Assembly (NCBI GenBank): GCA_025450915.1
Contig: JANWLH010000018.1
Span: forward strand, 1-60,214
Length of the DNA stretch: 60,214 nt
DNA from: Candidatus Limnocylindrales bacterium
GTDB lineage: Bacteria > Chloroflexota > Limnocylindria > Limnocylindrales > CSP1-4
Direction of reading: 5' to 3'
In this document: positions 17,513-25,696 of the stretch, piece after piece
Numbering within the stretch: the first letter of the stretch is position 1
Layout: every line of letters begins with the position of its first letter
Program-made: the position numbers and the translations under genes
Notes under the pieces: model-generated
What the model was told of the DNA's origin: nothing
What the model saw: the letters and a program-made list of their open reading frames with translations, nothing else
The model's database searches: none

Positions 17513-18055
17513 TCACCGCTCCCCGCGGACCGCGGCAGGCGGCGGCGCGACCGCCCGGCCGCGGATCGCGACGCGGCCACCGGTGGCATCGCGGGCCAGG
17601 CCCAGCGCCTCGGCCTCCTCGTCGGACAGGGCAGCTTCGGGCCGGCCGGCGGCGATCGCCTTGGCGTAGATCCGGGTCGAACCACGCGAATGGAGGCTCG
17701 AGATGATGATCCCGTCCTCCTCCGCATCGAGCAGGGCGAGGGCAAAGCTCTGGTTGCCGCCGGTGTCCTCGAACGGGTTGAACCGGACGAGGCCAATTCG
17801 CTGGAAGGCGCGCCGCCCGTCGACCTCGAGCTTGCCGGTCCGCGTCGCGAGCTGGGCCACCTCGGACTGGACCTCGACGACCCGGCCGAGATGGGTCTCC
17901 AGGACGCCCTGGAGACTCTGGCCGTCCTCGCCACGGGTCATCCGGTCGAGGCGGCCCGCAAGTCCCCCGAGCCGCCGCCAGAGGAGGGCCAGGCCGACCA
18001 GGCAGGCGCCGAGCAGGACGATCAGGACGGGCGTCAGGGTCGCCGGATCGGGCAC
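17513..18055 (-). CDS. DUF4446-like membrane-anchored protein
   Basis: An N-terminal TM segment, then IGLVRFNPFEDTGGNQSFALALLD, typical of the family. GTG 18055 is preceded by TAGACT at a 7-nt spacing. The track start 18187 adds only junk-like sequence. Confidence 0.7.
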   Translation of the reverse strand: MPDPATLTPVLIVLLGACLVGLALLWRRLGGLAGRLDRMTRGEDGQSLQGVLETHLGRVVEVQSEVAQLATRTGKLEVDGRRAFQRIGLVRFNPFEDTGGNQSFALALLDAEEDGIIISSLHSRGSTRIYAKAIAAGRPEAALSDEEAEALGLARDATGGRVAIRGRAVAPPPAAVRGER

Positions 18056-18062
18056 GCAGCCG

Positions 18063-18068
18063 AGTCTA
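18063..18068 (-). promoter_or_regulatory. Candidate -10 element TAGACT (minus strand), 7 nt upstream of GTG 18055
   Basis: The minus strand reads TAGACT-cggctgc-GTG. Confidence 0.4.
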
Positions 18069-18132
18069 GCAGGCTGGGTGCTATCCTCTGCCGTCGGCGG
18101 ACCGCCGCCGAATCCGACCACGGAGGGACCTG

Positions 18133-18522
18133 GTGCCGATGGCCAAGCGCGCTCGCGGGACGACTCGACCCGGCCAGCGCCGCCCAATCCAGCGCGTCGC
18201 CCGACCGGCTGCCGACCGGCCGCCAGCCGTCGCGCCCGAGGGACTGTCGCCTGCCGAGGTCACCCGCGCGGCCGAGCTCGAAGCCACGATCGTTGCCTCG
18301 GGGCAGGCCAGCAGGACGACCACCCGGCCGGGCGCCGGCGAGCCGGCCGCCCCGCCCCAGCGGCGCCCGGGCGGCTCGGGTCGCCTCGCCGTCGAGGCCG
18401 CCGAGGAGTATCAGTACGTCGCCCGGGATGTCCGCCGGATCGCCGTCGTGGGCGGCTCGATGTTCGTGATCCTGATCGTGCTGTTCGTGGTCCTCGTCGC
18501 GGCAGGCGTGGCCGGACACTGA
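18133..18522 (+). CDS. Hypothetical tail-anchored membrane protein (basic, low-complexity N-terminus and one C-terminal TM segment)
   Basis: A GGAGGG Shine-Dalgarno sequence at 18122-18127. Start at GTG 18133 or ATG 18139. The C-terminus is VVGGSMFVILIVLFVVLVAAGV. TATCCT at 18082-18087 is a possible -10 element. Confidence 0.5.
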   Translation: MPMAKRARGTTRPGQRRPIQRVARPAADRPPAVAPEGLSPAEVTRAAELEATIVASGQASRTTTRPGAGEPAAPPQRRPGGSGRLAVEAAEEYQYVARDVRRIAVVGGSMFVILIVLFVVLVAAGVAGH

Positions 18523-18620
18523 GCAGGGCCTAGCCGGCCATCCCCCGAACGGCCTATCGACAGGCCTCCCGGGCCAACCTACGGTCTGAGTCCGGGAAAC
18601 CTGAACACGAGCAGCCATCC

Positions 18621-20474
18621 TTGTCGACCATCCTCACCGAGCGGGTCCACCGCCGGTCGCGACTCCTCCTGATCGTCTTCGGCGTCAGCCTCGTGCTGGT
18701 CGCCACGACCGCCGCCGCCCTCGTGGCCGTTGTCGCCAACAACGTCGAGCAGGCGGCTCTCAGCGCATCCGTGGCATCGGACCAATCGATCGAGAGCGCC
18801 CTGATCGAGACGAACCTGCCGGCGAATGCCCTGTCGATGACCGGCGTCACCCCGGGCGCGGTTGTCCAGATCCAGGACCAGCTGCGCGTCTTGCTCGTCG
18901 ATGCACGGGGCATCCTCCACGTCAAGGTCTTCGCCCCGGACGGGACGGTCCTGTACAGCAACGTCGACGGGCTGCGCGGCCGGAACCTGGGCCCCGACGA
19001 CGATCTCGAGCAGGCCTTCGACACGGGCAAGGTCGCACCGTCGATCGTCGGTGCAGACAACCCGGACGCAGCGACGACCGGCCTGCCGCCCCAGGACCAG
19101 CTCGTCGAGGAGTACTTCCCGATCCGCGAGGCCGACGGCAGCGTGCCCGCTGTCTTCGAGATCTATCGCGACGCGACACCGATCCTGGCGACGGTCGCCG
19201 CAACGACCCGGGAGGTCCTGGCGGTGGTCGTGGTGGCAGCGATCATCCTCAGTCTCCTCCTCTACGCGATCTTCCGGGCCACCCAGCAGCGGTTGACCCG
19301 CCAGACCCGGGCGCTCCTCGATGCCAGCCGGCGCGACGCGCTCACCGGCCTGCTGAACCACGGCACGACGGTCGCCGGCCTTGCCGACCTCCTGGAACGG
19401 ACCCGCCAGGAGACGGGCGTCACAGGCATTGCCCTGATCGACATCGACAACTTCCGGCTGGTCAACGAGACGTACGGCCACGAGGCCGGCGACCGGGCCC
19501 TCCTCGAGGTCGCCCGGATCATGCGCGCCGAGTTCGACGAAACCTCGATCCTCGGCCGCTACGGCCCTGATGAGTTCCTGGTCGTCGCCCCACCGGACCA
19601 CAGCGCGGGCCTCGAGACGGCGATCGACAGGCTGCGCGACCAGATCGCGGATCTCAGCCTCCAGTTCGGGGCGTCCGAGCGCCTGCCGGTCACGGTCAGT
19701 GCCGGGATCTGCTATGCCCCGGCCGACGGCGAAGCGGCGACCGAGCTGCTGGCGGTGGCCGCGGTCGTCCTCGGCGAAGCAAAGGCCAGCGGCGGCAACG
19801 GCGTCCGGGTGGCCGACAAGGGTCCGGCCGCCCTCGGTTCCGCCGAGCGCTCGAGCTTCGACGTCCTGGCGGGCCTGGTCCTGGCCGTCGATACCAAGGA
19901 CCGCTACACGAAGCGCCACTCCGAGGACGTCGCCCGCTACGGCCTCTTCCTGGCCGATCTCGTGGGGGTCGATCCGGAGCTGCGCAAGACGATCGAGATC
20001 GCCGGGCTGCTCCACGATGTCGGCAAGATCGGCATCCCCGACGGGATCCTGCGCAAACCAGGTCCGCTGACGGTCGACGAGTACGCGATCGTCAAGCAGC
20101 ACGTCGCGCTGGGCGACTCGATCGTGCGCGATGTTCCCAACGCCGGCCTGGTCCGGGCCGGCGTCCGCCATCATCACGAGCGCTGGGACGGCGATGGCTA
20201 TCTCGACGGATTGTCGGGCGAGGGGATCCCCCTGATCGCCCGGATCCTGGCCGTCGGCGACGCCTTCAGCGCGATGACCACGACCCGCCCGTATCGCAAG
20301 GCGATGTCGATCCAGGAGGCGCTCCATCGGCTCGAGGATGCCGCCGGCAGCCAGCTCGATCCGCGCCTCGTGACCGCGTTCGTCAAGGGAATCGAGACGG
20401 CCGAGGACGCGCCGCTGCCGGGCGACGGCCGCCCCCTGCGCCGGATCTGGACGCCCCAGTCCAGCGTCGCCTGA
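18621..20474 (+). CDS. Membrane sensor protein with GGDEF-type and HD-GYP-type domains (c-di-GMP turnover or signalling)
   Basis: Two TM segments flank a ~170-aa extracytoplasmic region. The GGDEF-domain signature reads RYGPDEF. The HD-GYP domain has HSEDVA, LLHDVGKIGIP and HHERWDGDGYLDG. TTG start at 18621. Confidence 0.9.
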   Translation: MSTILTERVHRRSRLLLIVFGVSLVLVATTAAALVAVVANNVEQAALSASVASDQSIESALIETNLPANALSMTGVTPGAVVQIQDQLRVLLVDARGILHVKVFAPDGTVLYSNVDGLRGRNLGPDDDLEQAFDTGKVAPSIVGADNPDAATTGLPPQDQLVEEYFPIREADGSVPAVFEIYRDATPILATVAATTREVLAVVVVAAIILSLLLYAIFRATQQRLTRQTRALLDASRRDALTGLLNHGTTVAGLADLLERTRQETGVTGIALIDIDNFRLVNETYGHEAGDRALLEVARIMRAEFDETSILGRYGPDEFLVVAPPDHSAGLETAIDRLRDQIADLSLQFGASERLPVTVSAGICYAPADGEAATELLAVAAVVLGEAKASGGNGVRVADKGPAALGSAERSSFDVLAGLVLAVDTKDRYTKRHSEDVARYGLFLADLVGVDPELRKTIEIAGLLHDVGKIGIPDGILRKPGPLTVDEYAIVKQHVALGDSIVRDVPNAGLVRAGVRHHHERWDGDGYLDGLSGEGIPLIARILAVGDAFSAMTTTRPYRKAMSIQEALHRLEDAAGSQLDPRLVTAFVKGIETAEDAPLPGDGRPLRRIWTPQSSVA

Positions 20475-20491
20475 GGGTGCCGGGCCGGTCG

Positions 20492-20497
20492 TAGACT
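20492..20497 (+). promoter_or_regulatory. Candidate -10 element TAGACT, 6 nt upstream of the rarA GTG 20504
   Basis: TAGACT-gaccgg-GTG. The hexamer lies in the loop of the 6-bp inverted repeat ccggtc/gaccgg (20485-20503). Confidence 0.4.
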
Positions 20498-20503
20498 GAC
20501 CGG

Positions 20504-22063
20504 GTGGCCGCCCGCAGACCAGCCCCCGACCAGACAGCCCTCTTCCAGCCACCCCCCGGCGTCCAGCCGCTGGCCGCCCGGAGGCGCCCGCGGACCCTGG
20601 CCGAATACGTCGGCCAGGCCCATCTCGTCGGCGAGAACGGACCGCTGCGCCGATCCGTCGAGCGTGGCTATCTCGGCTCGATCCTGCTGTGGGGACCGCC
20701 GGGCACCGGCAAGACCAGCCTGGCCCGGCTCCTCGCCGATGCGGTCGGTGCCGAGTTCATGAGCCTGTCCGCGGTCATGAGCGGGGTTGCCGAGATCCGC
20801 TCGACCGTGGCCGCCGCCCGCGAGCGGCTGACGCTCAACGGCGGGCGAACCGTCCTGTTCATCGATGAGATCCACCGCTTCAACAAGTCCCAGCAGGACG
20901 GCCTGCTGCCGCACGTCGAGGACGGGACCGTCGTCCTGATCGGCGCAACGACGGAGAACCCTTATTTCGAGCTCAACGGCGCCCTCCTGTCGCGCCTCCG
21001 GATCTGGCGCCTCGAGCCGCTCTCCGATGACGATGTCCGGACCGTCGTCCAGCGGGCGATCGACGATCCCGAGCGAGGTCTCGCCGGACCGCTCGGCCCG
21101 GACGGCGGGGTGCGCCTGCCCGAGGATGCGTTCGAGCATCTCGTCGGCCTGGCCGGTGGCGACGCCCGCCAGGCACTCAACGTGCTCGAGGGGGCGACCG
21201 CCCTGGCCGAATCGGCCGGCCTGCGCGACGAGCAGGGCCGGGTCGCGCCGCGGCTGGCCGACGTCGAGGCGGCCGCGCAGCAGAAGATCCTGGCCTACGA
21301 CCGGGCCGGCGACGGCCACTACGACACGGCCTCGGCGTTCATCAAGAGCCTCCGCGGCAACGATCCGGACGGCGCCCTGTACTGGCTGGCGACGATGATC
21401 TCGGCCGGCGAGGATCCCCGGTTCATCGTCCGGCGCCTGATCATCAGCGCCTCCGAGGACGTCGGCAATGCCGACCCGCGGGCGCTCCAGGTGGCCGTAG
21501 CGGCAGCCCAGGCGCTCGATCACGTGGGCCTGCCCGAAGCCCAGTACGCGCTCGCCCAGGCGACGACGTACATCGCCACGGCCCCGAAGTCGAACCGCTC
21601 GGGTGCCGCCTATTGGGCCGCCGTCGCCGATCTCGAGGCGAACGGCGCGCTGCCGGTCCCGCTCCACCTGCGCAGCGCCGGCCATCCGGCCCTCAAGCAC
21701 CACGGCTACGGCGTCGGGTACCGCTACCCGCCCGATTTCGAGGATTCGGACATCGCCCAGCTGTACCTGCCCGAAGCCCTCGCCGATCGCGACTACTACC
21801 GGCCCAACGACCAGGGCTACGAGGTGACGATCGGGGCAAGGATGGCGGCCCGCGCCGAGGGTCGCCAGGCGGCCCGCGCAGCCGGCCGCCAGCGGCGCGA
21901 GGCGAGCCCCGGGCCGGCCGTCGATTCGATGAAGGCCGGCAGCTCGATCCAGCGGACCCGCGAGACGAACCGGCGCAAGCTCGCCGAGACCGAGCGACGC
22001 GACGCGGGCGGCACCGAGCAGGCTCCCCCGCCCCATGGCACGATTCCGCCACCCACACCATGA
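20504..22063 (+). CDS. rarA: Replication-associated recombination protein A (AAA+ ATPase) with a ~75-aa basic C-terminal extension
   Basis: [12 protein letters not shown] Walker [12 protein letters not shown], and MgsA C-terminal motifs ([14 protein letters not shown]-like, YRYPHD-like). Confidence 0.93.
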   Translation: MAARRPAPDQTALFQPPPGVQPLAARRRPRTLAEYVGQAHLVGENGPLRRSVERGYLGSILLWGPPGTGKTSLARLLADAVGAEFMSLSAVMSGVAEIRSTVAAARERLTLNGGRTVLFIDEIHRFNKSQQDGLLPHVEDGTVVLIGATTENPYFELNGALLSRLRIWRLEPLSDDDVRTVVQRAIDDPERGLAGPLGPDGGVRLPEDAFEHLVGLAGGDARQALNVLEGATALAESAGLRDEQGRVAPRLADVEAAAQQKILAYDRAGDGHYDTASAFIKSLRGNDPDGALYWLATMISAGEDPRFIVRRLIISASEDVGNADPRALQVAVAAAQALDHVGLPEAQYALAQATTYIATAPKSNRSGAAYWAAVADLEANGALPVPLHLRSAGHPALKHHGYGVGYRYPPDFEDSDIAQLYLPEALADRDYYRPNDQGYEVTIGARMAARAEGRQAARAAGRQRREASPGPAVDSMKAGSSIQRTRETNRRKLAETERRDAGGTEQAPPPHGTIPPPTP

Positions 22064-22076
22064 CTGGAGCCGCTTC

Positions 22077-23279
22077 GTGAACCGCTTCGAGCCCAACCTC
22101 CGAATTCCCGGGCCCACCGCCCTGCCGCCCAGCGTGCGCGAGGCCGGTGGCCGCCAGATGATCAATCACCGGGGGCCCGAGTTCGCCGCGATGCTCGGCC
22201 GGATCCTGGCCCGGATGAAGCCGTACTTCGGGACGACGAGCGATGTTGCGATCCTGTCCTGCGCCGGCTCGGGCGGGCTCGAGGCAGCGGTCGTCAACAC
22301 GCTGTCGCCCGGCGACAAGGTCCTGGGCGTCTCGATCGGCTCGTTCGGCGACCGGATCGCCAGGATCGCCCAGGTCTACGGCGCGAACCTGACCAAGCTG
22401 TCGATCGACTGGGGCCGGGCGGCCGATCCCGACGCGCTCCGTGAGCACCTCGTGGAGCATCCCGGCTACAAGGCCGTGCTGCTCACCCACAACGAGACGT
22501 CGACCGCGGTCATGAACCCGATCGCCGAGCTGGCGGCGGTCATCCACGATGTCCAGCCGGACGCCCTGATCATCGTCGACAGCGTGTCGGGCCTCGGCGC
22601 GGTCCCCTTCGAGATGGACGCGTGGGGCATCGACGTGGTCGTGACCGGGTCGCAGAAGGCCTGGATGGCGGCTCCCGGGCTGGCCATGGTCGCCGCGTCG
22701 GAGCGGGCGTGGGCAGCGATGGAGACGGCGACGATGCCCCGCTTCTACCTCGACCTGCGCAAGCACCGCGAGTCGCATGCGCTCGGTCAGACCCCCTGGA
22801 CGCCGGCGATCGCGGTCGTCTACCAGGTCGACGCCGGCCTCGAGCTGATGGAGGCCGAGGGCGCGGCGGCGATCTTCGCCCGCCACGAGACCTGCGCGGC
22901 GGCGACCCGGGCAGGGCTGGAGGCCCTCGGCTTCGAGCTCTTCGCCGATCCGGCCCACTACTCGCGGACGGTCACCGCCGCCCGGGTGCCGGCGGGCTTC
23001 GACTGGAAGGCGATCAACGCAGCGGTCAAGGGCGAAGGCGTGGTCCTCGCAGGCGGCCAGGGGCCGCTCACCGGCCAGATCTTCCGGCTCGGCCACCTCG
23101 GATCGGTGACCCTCGGCGAGATCCTCGACGCGATCGGCGTCCTCGAGCAGGTGTCGATCCGCTTCGAGCGCCGGGTCGAGCCCGGCGCCGGGATCGCGGC
23201 CGCCCAATCGGCCGCCCTCGAGAGCATGTCGATCCGCCCGTCTGCGGGCCGGCCGGCCACCGTCGCGACCGGCGCGTGA
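22077..23279 (+). CDS. Class V pyridoxal-phosphate aminotransferase (serine-glyoxylate or phosphoserine aminotransferase type)
   Basis: IPGPT N-terminus and SQKAW PLP-lysine region. GTG 22077 is preceded by GGAG at a 7-nt spacing. The track start ATG 22035 would overlap rarA by 29 nt. Confidence 0.85.
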   Translation: MNRFEPNLRIPGPTALPPSVREAGGRQMINHRGPEFAAMLGRILARMKPYFGTTSDVAILSCAGSGGLEAAVVNTLSPGDKVLGVSIGSFGDRIARIAQVYGANLTKLSIDWGRAADPDALREHLVEHPGYKAVLLTHNETSTAVMNPIAELAAVIHDVQPDALIIVDSVSGLGAVPFEMDAWGIDVVVTGSQKAWMAAPGLAMVAASERAWAAMETATMPRFYLDLRKHRESHALGQTPWTPAIAVVYQVDAGLELMEAEGAAAIFARHETCAAATRAGLEALGFELFADPAHYSRTVTAARVPAGFDWKAINAAVKGEGVVLAGGQGPLTGQIFRLGHLGSVTLGEILDAIGVLEQVSIRFERRVEPGAGIAAAQSAALESMSIRPSAGRPATVATGA

Positions 23280-24871
23280 GGATCCTGGTTGCCGAATCGA
23301 TAGCCGCCGAGGGCCTCGCGCTCCTCCGTGAACACCACGAGGTCCACGAGCGGATCGGCCTGAGCCGCGACGAATACAAGGCGCTCCTGCCCGACTACGA
23401 CGCCCTCCTTGTGCGCAGCCAGGTCCAGGTCGATGCCGAGCTGATCGGGGCCGGCCGGCGGCTGATCGTCATCGGCCGGGCCGGCGTCGGCGTCGACAAC
23501 GTCGATCTGGAAGCCGCCACCCGCGCCGGGATCACGGTCGTGAACGCGCCGACGGGCAACACGATCGCGGCCGCCGAGCACACCCTGGCGCTGCTGGCGG
23601 TCCTCGCCCGGCGGATCACCGCTGCCGACGCGTCGGTCCACCGGGGCGAGTGGAAGCGCAGCCAGTTCACCGGCGTCGAGCTCCGGGGACGAACCCTGGG
23701 AATCGTCGGGCTGGGCAAGATCGGCCAGGCGATCGCCCGGCGCGCCCGGGCGATGGAGATGGCCGTGATCGCCGTCGACCCATACGTCTCGGCCGACGGC
23801 GCGGCCGTCCACGGCGTCGAGCTGGTGACGTTCGACGAGCTCCTCGAGCGGGCCGACGCGATCACCGTCCACGTGCCCCTCACCCGGCAGACCCGCGGCC
23901 TGATCGGGGCCGCCGAGATTGCCCGGATGAAGCCCGGCTCATTCCTGCTCAACGTCGCGAGGGGCGGGATCCTCGACGAGGCGGCCGTTGCCGACGCCCT
24001 CCGCTCGGGACACCTGGCGGGTGCCGGGATCGATGTCTTCGACCACGAGCCGCCGGCCGGCTCGCCGCTCCTCGAGGCGCCGAACTGCGTCCTGACCCCC
24101 CACCTCGGCGCCTCGACGGTCGAGGCCCAGGTCCTGGTCGCCGAGGAGGTCGCAGCGCAGGTGATCGACGTCCTCGAGGGCCGCCCGGCTCGCTACGCGG
24201 TCAACGCCCCGCTGCTCACCCCGGAGACGGCCCGGGCGATCGCCCCGTACCTGCCGCTTGCCGAGATCCTCGGCCGGTTCTACGCCCAGTTCAGCCGGAC
24301 GGGCGCCAACCGCCTGACCCTCGAGATCAGCGGCGAGCTCGCCCGGGATCTCGCCGGGCAGGACACGTCGCCGCTGACCGCGGGGGTCCTGCGCGGCCTC
24401 CTCGAGACGTCGACGACCGAGCGGGTCAATCTCGTCAATGCGGCAGCGCTGGCCACGGCCCGCGGGATCACCGTCGTCGAGCGCAAGTCGCCGGCCGCCG
24501 GTACGTACACCTCACTCCTGACCCTGACCGGCGAAGCCGGCGGCGTGACGACCACCGTCGCCGGAACCGTGGCCAACGGCGAGGCCCGGCTGGTTCGCCT
24601 GAACGAGCACTCGACGGATCTCGCCCCGAGCCCGGTCATGCTCGTCACCCGCCACCACGACCGGCCCGGGACGGTCGGCCGGATCGGCCAGATGCTGGGC
24701 GAGGCCGACGTCAACATCAGCGCCATGCACCTGGCCCGCTCGTTGCCGCGGGCCGACGCCCTGATGATCCTGGCGCTCGACGACGACGTGCCTGCGGCCG
24801 TGGCCGATGCGATCCGGGCCAGTGAGGCGGTCCTGGACCTGTGGCTCATCCACCTGGGCGCGGAGCATTGA
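23276..24871 (+). CDS. serA: D-3-phosphoglycerate dehydrogenase (long form with ASB and ACT domains)
   Basis: GRAGVGVDNVD, GIVGLGKIGQ, NVARGG and TPHLGAST, plus a C-terminal ACT-like region. GTG 23276 overlaps the upstream stop (GTGA). Confidence 0.95.
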   Translation: MRILVAESIAAEGLALLREHHEVHERIGLSRDEYKALLPDYDALLVRSQVQVDAELIGAGRRLIVIGRAGVGVDNVDLEAATRAGITVVNAPTGNTIAAAEHTLALLAVLARRITAADASVHRGEWKRSQFTGVELRGRTLGIVGLGKIGQAIARRARAMEMAVIAVDPYVSADGAAVHGVELVTFDELLERADAITVHVPLTRQTRGLIGAAEIARMKPGSFLLNVARGGILDEAAVADALRSGHLAGAGIDVFDHEPPAGSPLLEAPNCVLTPHLGASTVEAQVLVAEEVAAQVIDVLEGRPARYAVNAPLLTPETARAIAPYLPLAEILGRFYAQFSRTGANRLTLEISGELARDLAGQDTSPLTAGVLRGLLETSTTERVNLVNAAALATARGITVVERKSPAAGTYTSLLTLTGEAGGVTTTVAGTVANGEARLVRLNEHSTDLAPSPVMLVTRHHDRPGTVGRIGQMLGEADVNISAMHLARSLPRADALMILALDDDVPAAVADAIRASEAVLDLWLIHLGAEH

Positions 24872-25686
24872 TCGAGCCACTCGTCCCGGCCGGCCTCAAC
24901 GCGACGCTCGTCCTGCTCCGTCACGGCGAATCGGTCGCGATCACCGAGGGCCGCTTCCAGGGCCAGCTGAACACGCCCCTCAGCCCGCTCGGCGAGCGCC
25001 AGGCGGTGCTGGCGGGCGATCGCCTGGCCCACCCGGACCGCCCGCCGCAGATCGCGGTGCCGAGGTCGGCGCCGGTCGAGATCGCGCACTCGCCACTCTC
25101 GCGAACGGCCGCGACCGCGAGTGCGGCGGCCGTGGCCCTGCGGGCGGCCTACGGCCCGGCGTCGCCCGACCCGCGTCCGGAGCCCGGCCTCCTCGAGGTG
25201 GGCCAGGGTGCCTGGGAGGGGCTCCATCGGGACGAGGTGGAATCACGCTACCCGGCCGAGCTCGCGAGCTGGCGGCGGGCGCCGACCCGGCCATCTGCGC
25301 CGGGCGCCGAGCCGCTCGCCAGCGTCGACCGCCGGGTTCGTACGGCACTCGCCGGGATCCTGCGCGGGCTGGCCGCGGCGGCGATGCCGGCCGAGGTTGC
25401 CCGGACCTCGGCGGCCGGTTACCCCCCGCCGAGCAGCAGCCCGACCTGGTCGCTGCTCGTCGGCCACGACGGCGTGTTCAAGGTCGCCCTGCTGGCCTTG
25501 TTCGACCTGCCCCTCGAGCGCTTCTGGTCGTTCGGCTTCGGGCTGACGGGGATCACGATCGTGGGGATCCATGACGGGCAGGCCGTCCTCCGGGCCCACA
25601 ACCTGCTCGACCACCTGGCGCCGCTCCAGGCGGCCGGGCCCGAGCCCGATGTCGCCGAGGATCGCGCCGAGTCGGGCGCCCTCTAG
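24841..25686 (+). CDS. Histidine phosphatase (phosphoglycerate mutase-like) family protein
   Basis: LVLLRHGES catalytic RHG motif and a distal VGHDGV His motif. The start is uncertain: GTG 24841, or TTG 24868 overlapping the serA stop as TTGA. Confidence 0.8.
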   Translation: MAHPPGRGALIEPLVPAGLNATLVLLRHGESVAITEGRFQGQLNTPLSPLGERQAVLAGDRLAHPDRPPQIAVPRSAPVEIAHSPLSRTAATASAAAVALRAAYGPASPDPRPEPGLLEVGQGAWEGLHRDEVESRYPAELASWRRAPTRPSAPGAEPLASVDRRVRTALAGILRGLAAAAMPAEVARTSAAGYPPPSSSPTWSLLVGHDGVFKVALLALFDLPLERFWSFGFGLTGITIVGIHDGQAVLRAHNLLDHLAPLQAAGPEPDVAEDRAESGAL

Positions 25687-25696
25687 CCGGCCGACG

